The notes: generated by a model not told the origin, from the letters alone. Shown: positions 15,001 to 29,345, counted from the first letter of the stretch. The stretch is DNA of 64,000 nucleotides from Eledone cirrhosa (GCA_964016885.1 OZ024740.1:23312001-23376000), one strand, 5' to 3'. Made by a program: numbers and translations.

Positions 15001-18000
15001 AGTGAGTCAGATGTCAGTATTTGTAGTGTGTCGGATAATAGTGTGTCGGTTGGCAGTATTGGTAGTGTGTCGGATAATAGTGTGTCGGTTGGCAGTATTG
15101 GTAGTGTGTCGGATAATAGTGTGTCGGTTGGCAGTATTGGTAGTATGTCGGATAATAGTGTGTCGGTTGGCAGTATTGGTAGTGTGTGGGATAATAGTGT
15201 GTCGGTTGTCAGTATTGGTAGTGTGTCGGTTGGCAGTATTGGTAGTGTGTCGCATAATAGTGTGTCAGTTGTCAGTATTGGTAGTGTGTCGGTTGTCAGT
15301 ATTGGTAGTGTGGCGGATAATAGTGTGTCGGTTGACAGTATTGGTAGTGTGTCGGTTGTCAGTATTGGTAGTGTGTCGCATAATAGTGTGTCAGTTGTCA
15401 GTATTGTTAGTGTGTCGGTTGGCAGTATTGGTACTGTGTCGGATAATTGTGTGTTGGTTGTCAGTATTGGTAGCTGTCGCATAATAGTGTGTCAGTTATC
15501 AGTATTGGTAGTGTGTCGGATAATAGTGTGTCGGTTGTCAGTATTGGTACTGTGTCGGATAATAGTGTGTCGGTTGTCAGTATTGGTAGTGTGTGGGATA
15601 ATAGTGTGTCAGTTGTCAGTATTGGTAGTGTGTCGGATAATAGTGTGTCGGTTGTCAGTATTGGTAGTGTGTCGGATAATAGTGTGTCGGTTGTCAGTAT
15701 TGGTAGTGTGTCGGATAATAGTGTGTCAGTTGTCAGTATTGGTAGTGTGTCGGATAATAGTGTGTCAGTTGTCAGTATTGGTAGTGTGTCGGATAATAGT
15801 GTGTCGGTTGTCAGTATTGGTAGTGTGTCGGATAATAGTGGGTCAGTTGTCAGTATTGGTAGTGTGTCGGATAATAGTGTGTCGGTTGGCAGTATTGGTA
15901 GTGTGTCGTATAATAGTGTGTCAGTTTTCAGCATTGGTAGTGTGTCGGATAATAGTGTGTCGGATAATAGTGTGTCGGTTGTCAGTATTGGTAGTGTGTC
16001 GGATAATAGTGTTTTAGTTGTCAGTATTGGTAGTGTGTCGGATAATAATGTGTCGGTTGGCAGTATTGGTAGTGTGTCGGATAATAGTGTGTCAGTTGTT
16101 ATTATTGGTAGTGTGTCGGATAATAGTGTGTCAGTTGTCAGTATTGGTAGTGTGTCGGATAATAGTGTGTAAGTTGTGAGTATTGGTAGTGTGTCGGATA
16201 ATAGTGTGTCAGTTGTCAGTATTGGTAGTGTGTCGGATAATAGTGTGTCAGTTGTGAGTATTGGTAGTGTGTCGGATAATAGTGTGTCGGTTGGCAGTAT
16301 TGGTAGTGTGTCGGATAATAGTGTGTCGGTTGGCAGTATTGGTAGTGTGTCAGATAATAGTGTGTCGGTTGGCAGTATTGGTAGTGTGTCGGATAATAGT
16401 GTGTCGGTTGGCAGTATTGGTAGTGTGTGGGATAATAGTGTGTCGGTTGTCAGTATTGGTAGTGTGTCGGTTGGCAGTATTGGTAGTGTGTCGCATAATA
16501 GTGTGTCAGTTGTCAGTATTGGTAGTGTGTCGGTTGTCAGTATTGGTAGTGTGGCGGATAATAGTGTGTCGGTTGACAGTATTGGTAGTGTGTCGGTTGT
16601 CAGTATTGGTAGTGTGTCGCATAATAGTGTGTCAGTTGTCAGTATTGGTAGTGTGTCGGTTGGCAGTATTGGTACTGTGTCGGATAATTGTGTGTTGGTT
16701 GTCAGTATTGGTAGCGTGTCGCATAATAGTGTGTCAGTTATCAGTATTGGTAGTGTGTCGGATAATAGTGTGTCGGTTGTCAGTATTGGTACTGTGTCGG
16801 ATAATAGTGTGTCGGTTGTCAGTATTGGTAGTGTGTGGGATAATAGTGTGTCAGTTGTCAGTATTGGTAGTGTGTCGGATAATAGTGTGTCGGTTGTCAG
16901 TATTGGTAGTGTGTCGGATAATAGTGTGTCGGATAATAGTGTGTCGGATAATAGTGTGTCAGTTGTCAGTATTGGTTGTGTGTCGGATAATAGTGTGTCG
17001 GTTGGCAGTATTGGTAGTGTGTCGGTTGTCAGTATTGGTAGTGTGTCGGATAATAGTGTGTCAGTTGTCAGTATTGGTAGTGTGTCGGATAATAGTGTGT
17101 CCGTTGGCAGTATTGGTAGTGTGTCGCTTGGCAGTACTGGTAGTGTGTCGGTTGGCAGTATTGGTAGTGTGGCGGATAATAGTGTGTCGGTTGTCAGTAT
17201 TGGTAGTGTGTCGGTTGGCAGTATTGGTAGTGTTTCGGTTGGCAGTATTGGTAGTGTGTCGGATAATAGTATGTCAGTTGTCGGTATTGGTTGTGTGTCG
17301 GATAATAGTGTGTCAGTTGTCAATATTGGTAGTCTGTCGGATAATAGTGTGTCGGTTGTCAGTATTGGTAGTGTGTCCGGTAATAGTGTGTCGGTTGTCA
17401 GTATTGGTAGTGTGTCGGTTGGCAGTATTGGTAGTGTGTCGGATAATAGTGTGTCGGTTGTCAGTATTGGTAGTGTGTCGGTTGGCAGTATTGGTAGTGT
17501 GTCGGTTGGCAGTATTGGTAGTGTGTCGGATAATAGTATGTCAGTTGTCAGTATTGGTAGTGTGACGGATAATAGTGAGTCAGTTGTCAGTATTGGTAGT
17601 GTGTCGGATAATAGTGTGCCGGTTGTCAGTATTGGTACTGTGTCGGATAATAGTGTGTCGGTTGTCAGTATTGGTAGTGTGTCGGATAATAGTGTGTCGG
17701 TTGGCAGTATTGGTAGTGTGTGGGATAATAGTGTGTCGGTTGTCAGTATTGGTAGTGTGTCGGTTGGCAGTATTGGTAGTGTGTCGCATAATAGTGTGTC
17801 AGTTGTCAGTATTGGTAGTGTGTCGGTTGTCAGTATTGGTAGTGTGGCGGATAATAGTGTGTCGGTTGACAGTATTGGTAGTGTGTCGGTTGTCAGTATT
17901 GGTAGTGTGTCGCATAATAGTTTGTCAGTTGTCAGTATTGGTAGTGTGTCGGTTGGCAGTATTGGTACTGTGTCGGATAATTGTGTGTTGGTTGTCAGTA

Positions 18001-21000
18001 TTGGTAGCGTGTCGCATAATAGTGTGTCAGTTATCAGTATTGGTAGTGTGTCGGATAATAGTGTGTCGGTTGTCAGTATTGGTACTGTGTCGGATAATAG
18101 TGTGTCGGTTGTCAGTATTGGTAGTGTGTGGGATAATAGTGTGTCAGTTGTCAGTATTGGTAGTGTGTCGGATAATAGTGTGTCGGTTGTCAGTATTGGT
18201 AGTGTGTCGGATAATAGTGTGTCGGTTGTCAGTATTGGTAGTGTGTCGGATAATAGTGTGTCAGTTGTCAGTATTGGTAGTGTGTCGGATAATAGTGTGT
18301 CATTTGTTAGTATTGGTAGTGTGTCGGATAATAGTGTGTCGGTTGTCAGTATTGGTAGTGTGTCGCATAATAGTGTGTCAGTTGTCAGTATTGGTAGTGT
18401 GTCGGATAATAGTGTGTCGGTTGTCAGTATTGGTAGAGTGTCCAATAATAATGTGTCGGTTGTCAGTATTGGTAGTGTGTCGGATAATAGTGTGTCGGTT
18501 GTCAGTATTGGTAGTGTGTCGGATAATAGTGTGTCAGTTGTCAGTATTGGTAGTGTGTCGGATAATAGTGTGTCGGTTGGCAGTATTGGTAGTGTGTCGG
18601 TTGTCAGTATTGGTAGTGTGTCGGATAATAGTGTGTCAGTTGTCAGTATTGGTAGTGTGTCGGATAATAGTGTGTCGGTTGGCAGTATTGGTAGTGTGTC
18701 GTATAATAGTGTGTCAGTTGTCAGCATTGGTAGTGTGTCGGATAATAGTGTGTCGGATAATAGTGTGTCGGTTGTCAGTATTGGTAGTGTGTCGGATAAT
18801 AATGTGTCGGTTGGCAGTATCGGTAGTGTGTCGGATAATAGTGTGTCAGTTGTTATTATTGGTAGTGTTTCGGATAATAGTGTGTCAGTTGTCAGTACTG
18901 GTTGTGTGTCGAATAAGAGTGTGTCGGTTGTCAGTATTGGTAGTGTGTCGGATAATAGTGTGTCAGTTGTCAGTATTGGTAGTGTGTCGGATAATAGTGT
19001 GTCAGTTGTGAGTATTGGTAGTGTGTCGGATAATAGTGTGTCAGTTGTCAGTATTGGTAGTGTCTCGGATAATAGTGTGTCAGTTGTCAGTATTGGTAGT
19101 GTGTCGGATAATAGTGTGTCAGTTGTCAGTATTGGTAGTGTCTCGGATAATAGTGTGTCAGTTGTCAGTATTGGTAGTGTGTCGGATAATAGTGTGTCAG
19201 TTGTCAGTATTGGTAGTGTATCGGATAATAGTGTGTCAGTTGTCAGTATTGGTAGTGTGTCGGATAATAGTGTGTCAGTTGTCAGTATTGGTAGTGTGTC
19301 GGATAATAGTGTGTCAGTTGTCAGTATTGGTAGTGTGTCGGATAATAGTGTGTCGGTTGTCAGTATTGGTAGTGTGTCGGATAATAGTGTGTCGGTTGTC
19401 AGTATTGGTAGTGTGTCGGATAATAGTGTGTCGGTTGTGAGTATTGGTAGTGTGTCGGATAATAGTGTGTCGGTTGTCAGTATTGGTAGTGTGTCGGATA
19501 ATAGTGTGTCGGTTGTCAGTATTGGTAGTGTGTCGGATAATTGTGTGTCGGTTGGCAGTATTGGTAGTGTGTCGGATAATAGTGTGTCGGTTGTCAGTAT
19601 TGGTAGTGTGTCGGATAATAGTGTGTCGGTTGTCAGTATTGGTAGTGTGTCGGATAATAGTGTGTCGGTTGTCAGTATTGGTAGTGTGTCGGATAATAGT
19701 GTGTCGGTTGTCAGTATTGGTAGTGTGTCGGATAATAGTGTGTCAGTTGTCAGTATTGGTAGTGTGTCGGATAATAGTGTGTCGGTTGTCAGTATTGGTA
19801 GTGTGTCGGATAATAGTGTGTCAGTTGTCAGTATTGGTAGTGTGTCGGATAATAGTGTGTCGGTTGTCAGTATTGGTAGTGTGTCGGATAATAGTGTGTC
19901 GGTTGTCAGTATTGGTAGTGTGTCGGATAATAGTGTGTCGGTTGTCAGTATTGGTAGTGTGTCGGATAATAGTGTGTCGGTTGTAGTATTGGTAGTGTGT
20001 CGGATAATTGTGTGTCGGTTGTCAGTATTGGTAGTGTGTCGGATAATAGTGTGTCGGTTGTCAGTATTGGTAGTGTGTCGGATAATAGTGTGTCGGTTGT
20101 CAGTATTGGTAGTGTGTCGGATAATAGTGTGTCGGTTGTCAGTATTGGTAGTGTGTCGGATAATAGTGTGTCGGTTGTCAGTATTGGTAGTGTGTCGGAT
20201 AATAGTGTGTCGGTTGTCAGTATTGGTAGTGTGTCGGATAATAGTGTGTCGGTTGTCAGTATTGGTAGTGTGTCGGATAATAGTGTGTCGGTTGTCAGTA
20301 TTGGTAGTGTGTCGGATAATAGTGTTTCGGTTGTCAGTATTGTTAGTGTGTCGGATAATTGTGTGTCGGTTGTCAGTATTGGTAGTGTGTCGGTTGTCAG
20401 TATTGGTAGTGTGTCGGATAATAGTGTGTCAGTTGTCAGTATTGGTAGTGTGTCGGATAATAGTGTGTCGGTTGTCAGTATTGGTAGTGTGTGGGATAAT
20501 AGTGTGTCGGTTGTCAGTATTGGTAGTGTGTGGGATAATAGTGTGTCAGTTGTCAGTATTGGTAGTGTGTCGGATAATAGTGTGTCAGTTGTCAGTATTG
20601 GTAGTGTGTCGGATAATAGTGTGTCGGTTGTCAGTATTGGTAGTGTGTCGGATAATAGTGTGTCGGTTGTCAGTATTGGTAGTGTGTCGGATAATAGTGT
20701 GTCGGTTGTCAGTATTGGTAGTGTGTCGGATAATAGTGTGTCAGTTGTCAGTATTGGTAGTGTGTCGGATAATAGTGTGTCAGTTGTCAGTATTGGTAGT
20801 GTGTCGGATAATAGTGTGTCGGTTGTCAGTATTGGTAGTGTGTCGGATAATAGTGTGTCAGTTGTCAGTATTGGTAGTGTGTCGGATAATAGTGTGTCGG
20901 TTGTCAGTACTGGTAGTGTGTCGGATAATAGTGTGTCAGTTGTCAGTATTGGTAGTGTGTCGGATAATAGTGTGTCAGTTGTCAGTATTGGTAGTGTGTC

Positions 21001-21531
21001 GGATAATAGTGTGTCAGTTGTCAGTATTGGTAGTGTGTCGGATAATAGTGTGTCGGTTGTCAGTATTGGTAGTGTGTCGGATAATAGTGTGTCAGTTGTC
21101 AGTATTGGTAGTGTGTCGGATAATAGTGTGTCGGTTGTCAGTATTGGTAGTGTGTCGGATAATAGTGTGTCGGTTGTCAGTATTGGTAGTGTGTCGGATA
21201 ATAGTGTGTCGGTTGTCAGTATTGGTAGTGTGTCGGATAATAGTGTGTCGGTTGTCAGTATTGGTAGTGTGTCGGATAATAGTGTGTCGGTTGTCAGTAT
21301 TGGTAGTGTGTCGGATAATAGTGTGTCGGTTGGCAGTATTGGTAGTATGTCGGTTGTCAGTATTGGTAGTGTGTCGGTTGGCAGTATTGGTAGTGTGTCG
21401 GATAATAGTGTGTCGTTTGTCAGTATTGGTAGTGTGTCGGTTGGCACTATTGGTAGTGTGTCGGTTGTCAGTATTGGTAGTGTGTCGGATAATAGTGTGT
21501 CGGTTGTCAGTATTGGTAGTGTGTCGGATAA
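1..21531. repeat. 39-bp satellite (GATAATAGTGTGTCG + GTTGTCAGTATTGGTAGTGTGTCG), running off the left edge of the window
   Basis: Continuous tandem array of a 15-bp and a 24-bp subunit, both ending in TAGTGTGTCG. The subunits usually alternate but also occur as runs of 24-mers or 15-mers. All the long ORFs here are translations of this unit. Confidence 0.98.
7905..12329. repeat. Higher-order tandem duplication inside the satellite, period 2184 bp (56 x 39)
   Basis: Rare variants recur at +2184: TGGGATAAT at 7921/10105/12289, and ORF pairs 8237/10421 (identical) and 8591/10775 (same start). Only one difference was seen (GTCGGGT ~9050 vs GTCCGGT ~11234). Confidence 0.9.
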
Positions 21532-21716
21532 TATGCTTTGTGAAATAAAGCTACGGCTCTATACGTTCCGCTTTTAAATCCTGCTGAGGTTCGATTTGCC
21601 TCTCATCCTTACGGGGTCGATCAAATATAGTACCAGTTATGTACTGGCTCGATTTAATCGACTTTCCCCTCCGCCTAAATTACTGGCCTTGTGCCTATAC
21701 AAGAAATCATTATTAA
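21504..21716 (+). mobile_element. tRNA-derived SINE copy whose head is continuous with the satellite
   Basis: After the last repeat the sequence continues ATGCTTTG...TTTTAAATCCTGCTGAGG...CATCCTTACGGGGTCGATCAAATATAGTACCAG...CTGGCCTTGTGCC, colinear with the copy at 45460-45682. Confidence 0.88.
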
Positions 21717-21977
21717 TCTATTAATGTCGCTGCTATTTCGTTAGGTATGTGTTTCAGACATTTGTTCATACTGAGTGGGAGGGACAGTCTTTCTAAGATG
21801 TTATGTTGTACTTGCGCTCTAGATATTATATAAGTATCTGTGCTTTTGGAGGTAGCTTTTCACATATTTCCAGCTTCCAGATTCTGAGAAGTACACGGTG
21901 TAGACATAATTAGTTGTAGGAGATAAACATGACGTATTGGCCGTGTCTTAAGTGTGCTACTTGATTCAGATTTCTGC

Positions 21978-22140
21978 AGTCTGAGTTTTAAAAAAAAGGA
22001 CTGATGTCAACTTTGCTTTTCATACATTAAGTGTCGATAAATAAAATAGCAAAACAGCAGAATGGATAGGAATAATAATTAGAACGCCGGGCGTGTTTCT
22101 TTGCAGTATCTGTTACGGATCACTGTGTTCAGAGTTCGTC
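21978..22140 (+). mobile_element. Degenerate SINE fragments
   Basis: GTCAACTTTGCTTTTCATACATTAAGTGTCGATAAATAAAA resembles the SINE core, followed by a decayed head-like piece. Confidence 0.5.
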
Positions 22141-22187
22141 TGCGACGCCATTAATACTAACCTGTACTAGCTAGTGACATTTCAGCA

Positions 22188-22380
22188 AATAATTGTTTCT
22201 ACTCTTGGCACAAGGCCAGCAATTATTCAGTCTATTACTGGTACTTTATTTTATCGACCCCGTAAGGATGAAAGGCAAAGTTAACCTCGGTGGGATTTGA
22301 ACTCAGACCATAAAGGGCCGTAACTCTTTGCTGCAAAGCATGGTCTCCGAATCTCTACCGATTCTGCCAATCCACCGCCC
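22188..22380 (-). mobile_element. Full-length tRNA-derived SINE with 17-bp target-site duplication
   Basis: Minus strand reads GGGCGGTGGATTGGCAGAATCGG (A box)...GAGTTCAAATCCC (B box)...GGGGTCGATAAAATAAAGTACCAG. Flanks ACATT(T/G)CAGCAAATAAT at 22177-22193 and 22382-22398. Confidence 0.9.
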
Positions 22381-22392
22381 TACATTGCAGCA

Positions 22393-22500
22393 AATAATAC
22401 TTTCTACTTTAGACACAAGGCCAGCAATTACCCAGTGCATTACTGGTACTTTATTTTATCGACCCCGTAAGGATGAAAGCCAAAGTCAACCTCATCGTTG
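22393..22500 (-). mobile_element. 5'-truncated SINE (core and 3' end)
   Basis: CTGGTACTTTATTTTATCGACCCCGTAAGGATGAAAG matches the adjacent copy. Confidence 0.85.
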
Positions 22501-22729
22501 GATTAGAAATAGAAGACTTGCGTGTATGGTCAAATACTAGTAAAATGGTGGTCTAAGGGGAAAGTGGATATGTTTTGTTTTGTCTTCGAGTTTTATTTTG
22601 GGAGTTTTATTTGGTTGAATTTCAATAAATATCTGAAAGAGGTTTAAGTTTGTGTTGTGGTATGGGCATATATTATTTGGGGCTGTTATCGTGGAGTGTG
22701 GTGCGACCGCCGTTGATTTTGTTATTGTT

Positions 22730-23470
<741 letters not shown>

Positions 23471-24076
23471 TATGGGTGTGCAGAAGAGAAAGAGATTGAA
23501 AGGCGAGAAAGTGTGTAAAGAGAGAAAAGAGAAAGATAGTAAGTGAAGGTATTTGTCTATACACAAGGGAAAAGAAGGTGTAATGTGAGAAAGGAAAGAA
23601 TGTACTGTTAGGATTCAAAAGTATTCAACAAACACACCAAAGACAAAAGAAAAAGTAAACCAATAAATAAATAAATGATATGTAAAATAATAATAAAAAT
23701 AGACACAAGTATAACAAATAGAAGAAAAAAACAATAGACGAATGCCAACGAACAAAGCAGGCGAAGATGGTGCAGAAAGTGTCGTCTGCATAATTGAAGG
23801 AAAGATAACAATGAACAAAATAAAAAGACATTGATGAAAATATTGAAAGAACAAATGAAGAAAGAATGACTAAAGGGAAGGAAGGAAGTGGAATAAGAAA
23901 AAAGAAAGAAATTCGGATGTTGTGAAGAATAGAAAAGTTAGATAAGAAGCTGTGATATAAGTACATAAATGTTTTAGTGTGAGGTTTTAGTGAAGACAGC
24001 CGAGTTAATGATATGAAAGAAAATGGCGGATTTTTCACCAGAACAAACATAACGCGACTTGAAATTTACACAGAAA

Positions 24077-24153
<77 letters not shown>

Positions 24154-24164
24154 CTCTTCATCTC

Positions 24165-24213
<49 letters not shown>

Positions 24214-24240
24214 ATATATATATCTTTCTTTTCATCTCTC

Positions 24241-24298
<58 letters not shown>

Positions 24299-24389
24299 AA
24301 TGAAAGGTATAGAAAGTATTGTAGCAAGAAGCCAACAATATTCCATAATATATAAGTGACTATAGCGTCAAAATGGGAAAATAGTTATC

Positions 24390-24497
<108 letters not shown>

Positions 24498-24512
24498 CTT
24501 TCTCTCCATCTC

Positions 24513-24553
<41 letters not shown>

Positions 24554-24592
24554 TTCTCACCATCTCTCTCTAACTCTCTATCTATCTGTCTA

Positions 24593-24623
<31 letters not shown>

Positions 24624-25161
24624 CATGAGCTGAAAATTGTGTGAGATTATGTATATATGTACATATGTATGCATGTGTATGTATTTATGTAAAAAAACTT
24701 ATACAAACACATATATATATATACATATATAGATATAAGACCCCTACATAAGTATATACGTGCGATAGTGTGTATATACGTATGGTATATAGATATGTAT
24801 ATATATTTGTATATATATATATCTATATATGTAGCTGTGTGTGCGTATCTCTGTTTCTCTCTATGTTTTTGAGAGAACAAGTGAGAGAGTGAGAGAGTGA
24901 GAGAGGGGGAGAACGTTTTGTGGTTTTGTGTGTAGATATATTTCTAGGTGTATATAAATATCAGAGCCAGCCTCCCACTCTATGTGTGTGATGTATATGG
25001 GCGTGTACATATATTATGTAAGAAATAGAATGTGTGTGATGTCATTTGTGTGTATAAACAGACGTACACTCCTACACACACACACATATATATATATTGT
25101 ATATATATATATATATTGTATATATATATATATATTGTATATATATATATATATATATATC

Positions 25162-25200
<39 letters not shown>

Positions 25201-25299
25201 TATATATATACATATTGTATATATATATATATATATTGTATATATATATATATATATTGTATATATATATATCGTATATATATATATATGTATATACAT

Positions 25300-25360
<61 letters not shown>

Positions 25361-25724
25361 TAGAATAATATCTAAACATAGGAATGACCCAGCAGATAGG
25401 CAAATCAGAGAGGCCAGTGAAATAGAAATTAGAAGACCAAAGCTAAACAGAAAGAATGAGTGGAACAACAACAACACCCAAACAAACAACACTGACCTAA
25501 GAGAAGTATAAATAAATAAATAAATTAAATTAAATAAAATAAGATAAATAAATACATACACAAGCACATAAACACACACTAGTCACCCAGCAGACACAAC
25601 ACTATACACACTAGTCACACATCACACACTATACACACATGCAAACGCATGCGCAAAGAAGACAAAATAAAATAAGATAAACAAACAAGCAAATAAATAA
25701 ATAAATATATAGACAGACTGAACA

Positions 25725-26025
25725 AAAAAAAAATGGCGTAGACATACAACACAACAGGAGGAACAATGAATATAACACCACTGACGATGTTGCAGATGTG
25801 CAACGAAAGATTTATGTAAACTATATATATATGTGTTTGTCTATATTGTATCTGTATTATTTTATTTTTGACCGCCGGTCAGTCAATGGCAACATTGAGG
25901 ACCGAGTAAGTTAGATCGCAGATATATATATATAAAAGACAGCGAGAAGCGAAAACCAACCAAACAGTGAGTGTGTTCTGTTATTAATTCTGGCAATATT
26001 ACGCAAATATGACCCTCCCCAAATA

Positions 26026-26030
<5 letters not shown>
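25725..26030 (+). mobile_element. PLE-like terminal fragment with degenerate hammerhead (family related to 39184-39778)
   Basis: CTGACGA T GTTGCA GATG TGCAAC GAAAG at 25781-25809, with weak stems I/III. The downstream CAGTGAGTGTGTTCTGTTATT...GACCCTCCCCAA is shared with 40036-40310, 55350-55565 and 55866-56080. Confidence 0.65.
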
Positions 26031-26087
<57 letters not shown>

Positions 26088-26112
26088 ATATATATATATA
26101 TATTGTACATAT

Positions 26113-26192
<80 letters not shown>

Positions 26193-26276
26193 TACACATA
26201 CACATACACACACACATATATATATATGTATTGGCCCGCACACCACAACAACAATATATCTTTCTTCGCATCACTA

Positions 26277-26358
26277 GTCTGAGGATCAGATGGATACTGG
26301 AGTCAAGTCCTTAACCTATGGGTCACCTTGAGCCAATCCTCTGCGAAACGCGCGATAC
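26277..26358 (+). ncRNA. Degenerate hammerhead-like motif with long stem II loop
   Basis: GT CTGAGGA T CAGA T GGAT...ATCC TCTG C GAAAC GCGC GA T AC. U16.1 appears mutated and stem I is only 2 bp. Confidence 0.35.
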
Positions 26359-26698
26359 AAATTTTTCATATGTAAACGAAACTTCCTCGTTTTTTCTGTT
26401 ATATATATAGAGAATTCATATATGTGTCGTGTGTGTATCATTTGGTATGTTAGTGAATGTGTACCTTTACAATTATTATATTGTTTATTTAGTACACAAC
26501 CGACCAGCAACGTTCCATAGGTGACCATTACTACAGATTTCCTTTGTGAAACAAACCAAAGTGGGTTTTATCCAATAAAGCCTTTTCTAAGACTGGTTGT
26601 AGGGAGATTTAGCTACATAGTCTCGCGTGTCAAACGACGGAGTATAGACTTCCTAATGCATGCATATCTGTATGAATGGTTGTGATGCATATATACAT

Positions 26699-26729
<31 letters not shown>

Positions 26730-26817
26730 CACATATATATATTCATACATATATGCCGCAATATATATATGTGTATATACATATATATATATATATACAT
26801 ATCCATATGACATATAT

Positions 26818-26845
<28 letters not shown>

Positions 26846-26848
<3 letters not shown>

Positions 26849-26949
26849 GGAACAAGTATGATACTTGTTCCTATTACCCAATCTACTACCCTAAGTATTG
26901 AGTACTCTGGTGCGTATATGGTCCATCTGGTTCCTTACCACAATTCCTT

Positions 26950-26951
<2 letters not shown>
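26846..26951 (+). mobile_element. Minimal fold-back (14-bp arms) plus 3' tail of the GIY-YIG-associated PLE family
   Basis: ATAGGAACAAGTAT G ATACTTGTTCCTAT, then a tail matching 49306-49383 and the reverse complement of 42060-42133. (TA)n on both sides. Confidence 0.8.
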
Positions 26952-26988
<37 letters not shown>

Positions 26989-27305
26989 TATATATGCATA
27001 CATATATATATATACATATATATACATACACATATGTATATATATAAGTATATATATATGTATACATATATACATACATATATGTATATATATATGTGTA
27101 TACATGTCTACATATATACACACATATAACCATATATATATGTGTATAAATATATATGTATATATATGTAATATATATATATATATATATTACATACATA
27201 TGCATATGTACATACGCGTATGGAGGGGGGGTGAATATGTGTGTTCATGTGCGTGTAAATGCGAGCATATATCTGTTAAATAAACATACATGCATATATA
27301 CACAG

Positions 27306-27347
<42 letters not shown>

Positions 27348-27757
27348 GTATATAAACATGCATACGTTCATCAACAGGTAGTCCGACATCTACCTTTACG
27401 TAAGTGTATGTATGGAATTGCGTGAATTGTGTGATAAAACACAGACACGTGTATGGACGTGTGTAGACATAAATAAATATTTCTTTATAAACACACACAT
27501 GAGCATAGGGCGACACACATACACACAGAGACAGAGGTACGCACACATAAACACATACACACTCCTATACATATATATATGTGTGTGTGTGTTCTGCTTA
27601 TATATATATATATATATACATACACACACATATATATATATACATATATATAATATATATATATATGTTTTGTTTATATATATATATATATATAAATATA
27701 TGTTTTGTTTATATTTATATATGTATGTATGTTTTGTTTATATATATATATATGTTT

Positions 27758-27826
<69 letters not shown>

Positions 27827-28037
27827 ACACTTGGACGGGAACAAAAACAGAGAGGCAGTACAAATAAGAGTTTATTAGGTTCATACATATATATATATAT
27901 ATATATAGATATATATATATATATATATGATTTCCTGCAATATCAAACATTAAACTAATATATTTCTTCACTGTACTCTATTGTTTGAAATTTTTTTGTT
28001 TCCTTTACTCCTCTTACACACACACAACACACACACA

Positions 28038-28122
<85 letters not shown>

Positions 28123-28253
28123 ACATACACACACACAAATATATACATATATATATATAGATACACACACACACACATATATATATATATTTATGTATAT
28201 ATATACATTAGTATATATATATATTTATACATATATATATACATATATATAAT

Positions 28254-28285
<32 letters not shown>

Positions 28286-29028
28286 ATATATATATTATAT
28301 ATATATTTATATATATATATTATATATATATTATATATATATTTATACGTACTTATACTTTAATATGTTGTCTAATTTATAATTATATGTATGACCTCAC
28401 ATGCATACATGAATACACATACAGGATTACATGTATATACGCAACACCGATAACAACAACACTCATATAAACACATTGATGAGAAATTGCTTGACACACA
28501 CGTTTATACACACACACACACACAAACACGCACACACATACACCCACATACTCGCATACACACACACAAACACTCACACACTCACACAAACACACTCACA
28601 CATACACACACTCACATACATACTCACACACATATACACTCTCATACACACACACACAAACACACACTCACACACACTCACATACACGCACAAACACACT
28701 CATACACGCACACACACACAAATACACTCACACACACAAACACAATCACACAAACACACACAAACACATATACACTCACACACATACACACACACTCACA
28801 AACACACTCACACTCACATATACACACACGCTACCGTGGATACCTTTATACACGAATAAAGGCAATACAAATTGAAAGAAAAGCGAGAAGTGGAGCAAAA
28901 TGGAAGAAAAAAGAAAGATCAACAACAACAACAACAACAACGTAGATACTAACACTAACAATAAGACAATAAAAGTTATATGTAACACACGCCCCCCCCC
29001 CCCCCACACACACGTATATACATATATG

Positions 29029-29101
<73 letters not shown>

Positions 29102-29108
29102 GTATATA

Positions 29109-29152
<44 letters not shown>

Positions 29153-29177
29153 TATACATATATGTACATGTGTATAT

Positions 29178-29209
<32 letters not shown>

Positions 29210-29214
29210 GTATA

Positions 29215-29260
<46 letters not shown>

Positions 29261-29274
29261 TTCATAACATGACA

Positions 29275-29286
29275 ATGATGATGATG

Positions 29287-29340
<54 letters not shown>

Positions 29341-29345
29341 TAAAT
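29275..29345. repeat. (GAT)n(AAT)n microsatellite
   Basis: Direct reading. Confidence 0.95.

Noticed and set aside
1-21531. CRISPR array or telomeric repeat
   Set aside because: No unique spacers or cas genes, eukaryotic context, and no TTAGGG-type unit.
8-21577. Plus-strand ORFs (VVCRIIVCRLSVL)n and (SVSDNSVSVVSIG)n as proteins
   Set aside because: Automatic translations of a 39-bp unit with scattered stops. Not reported as CDS.
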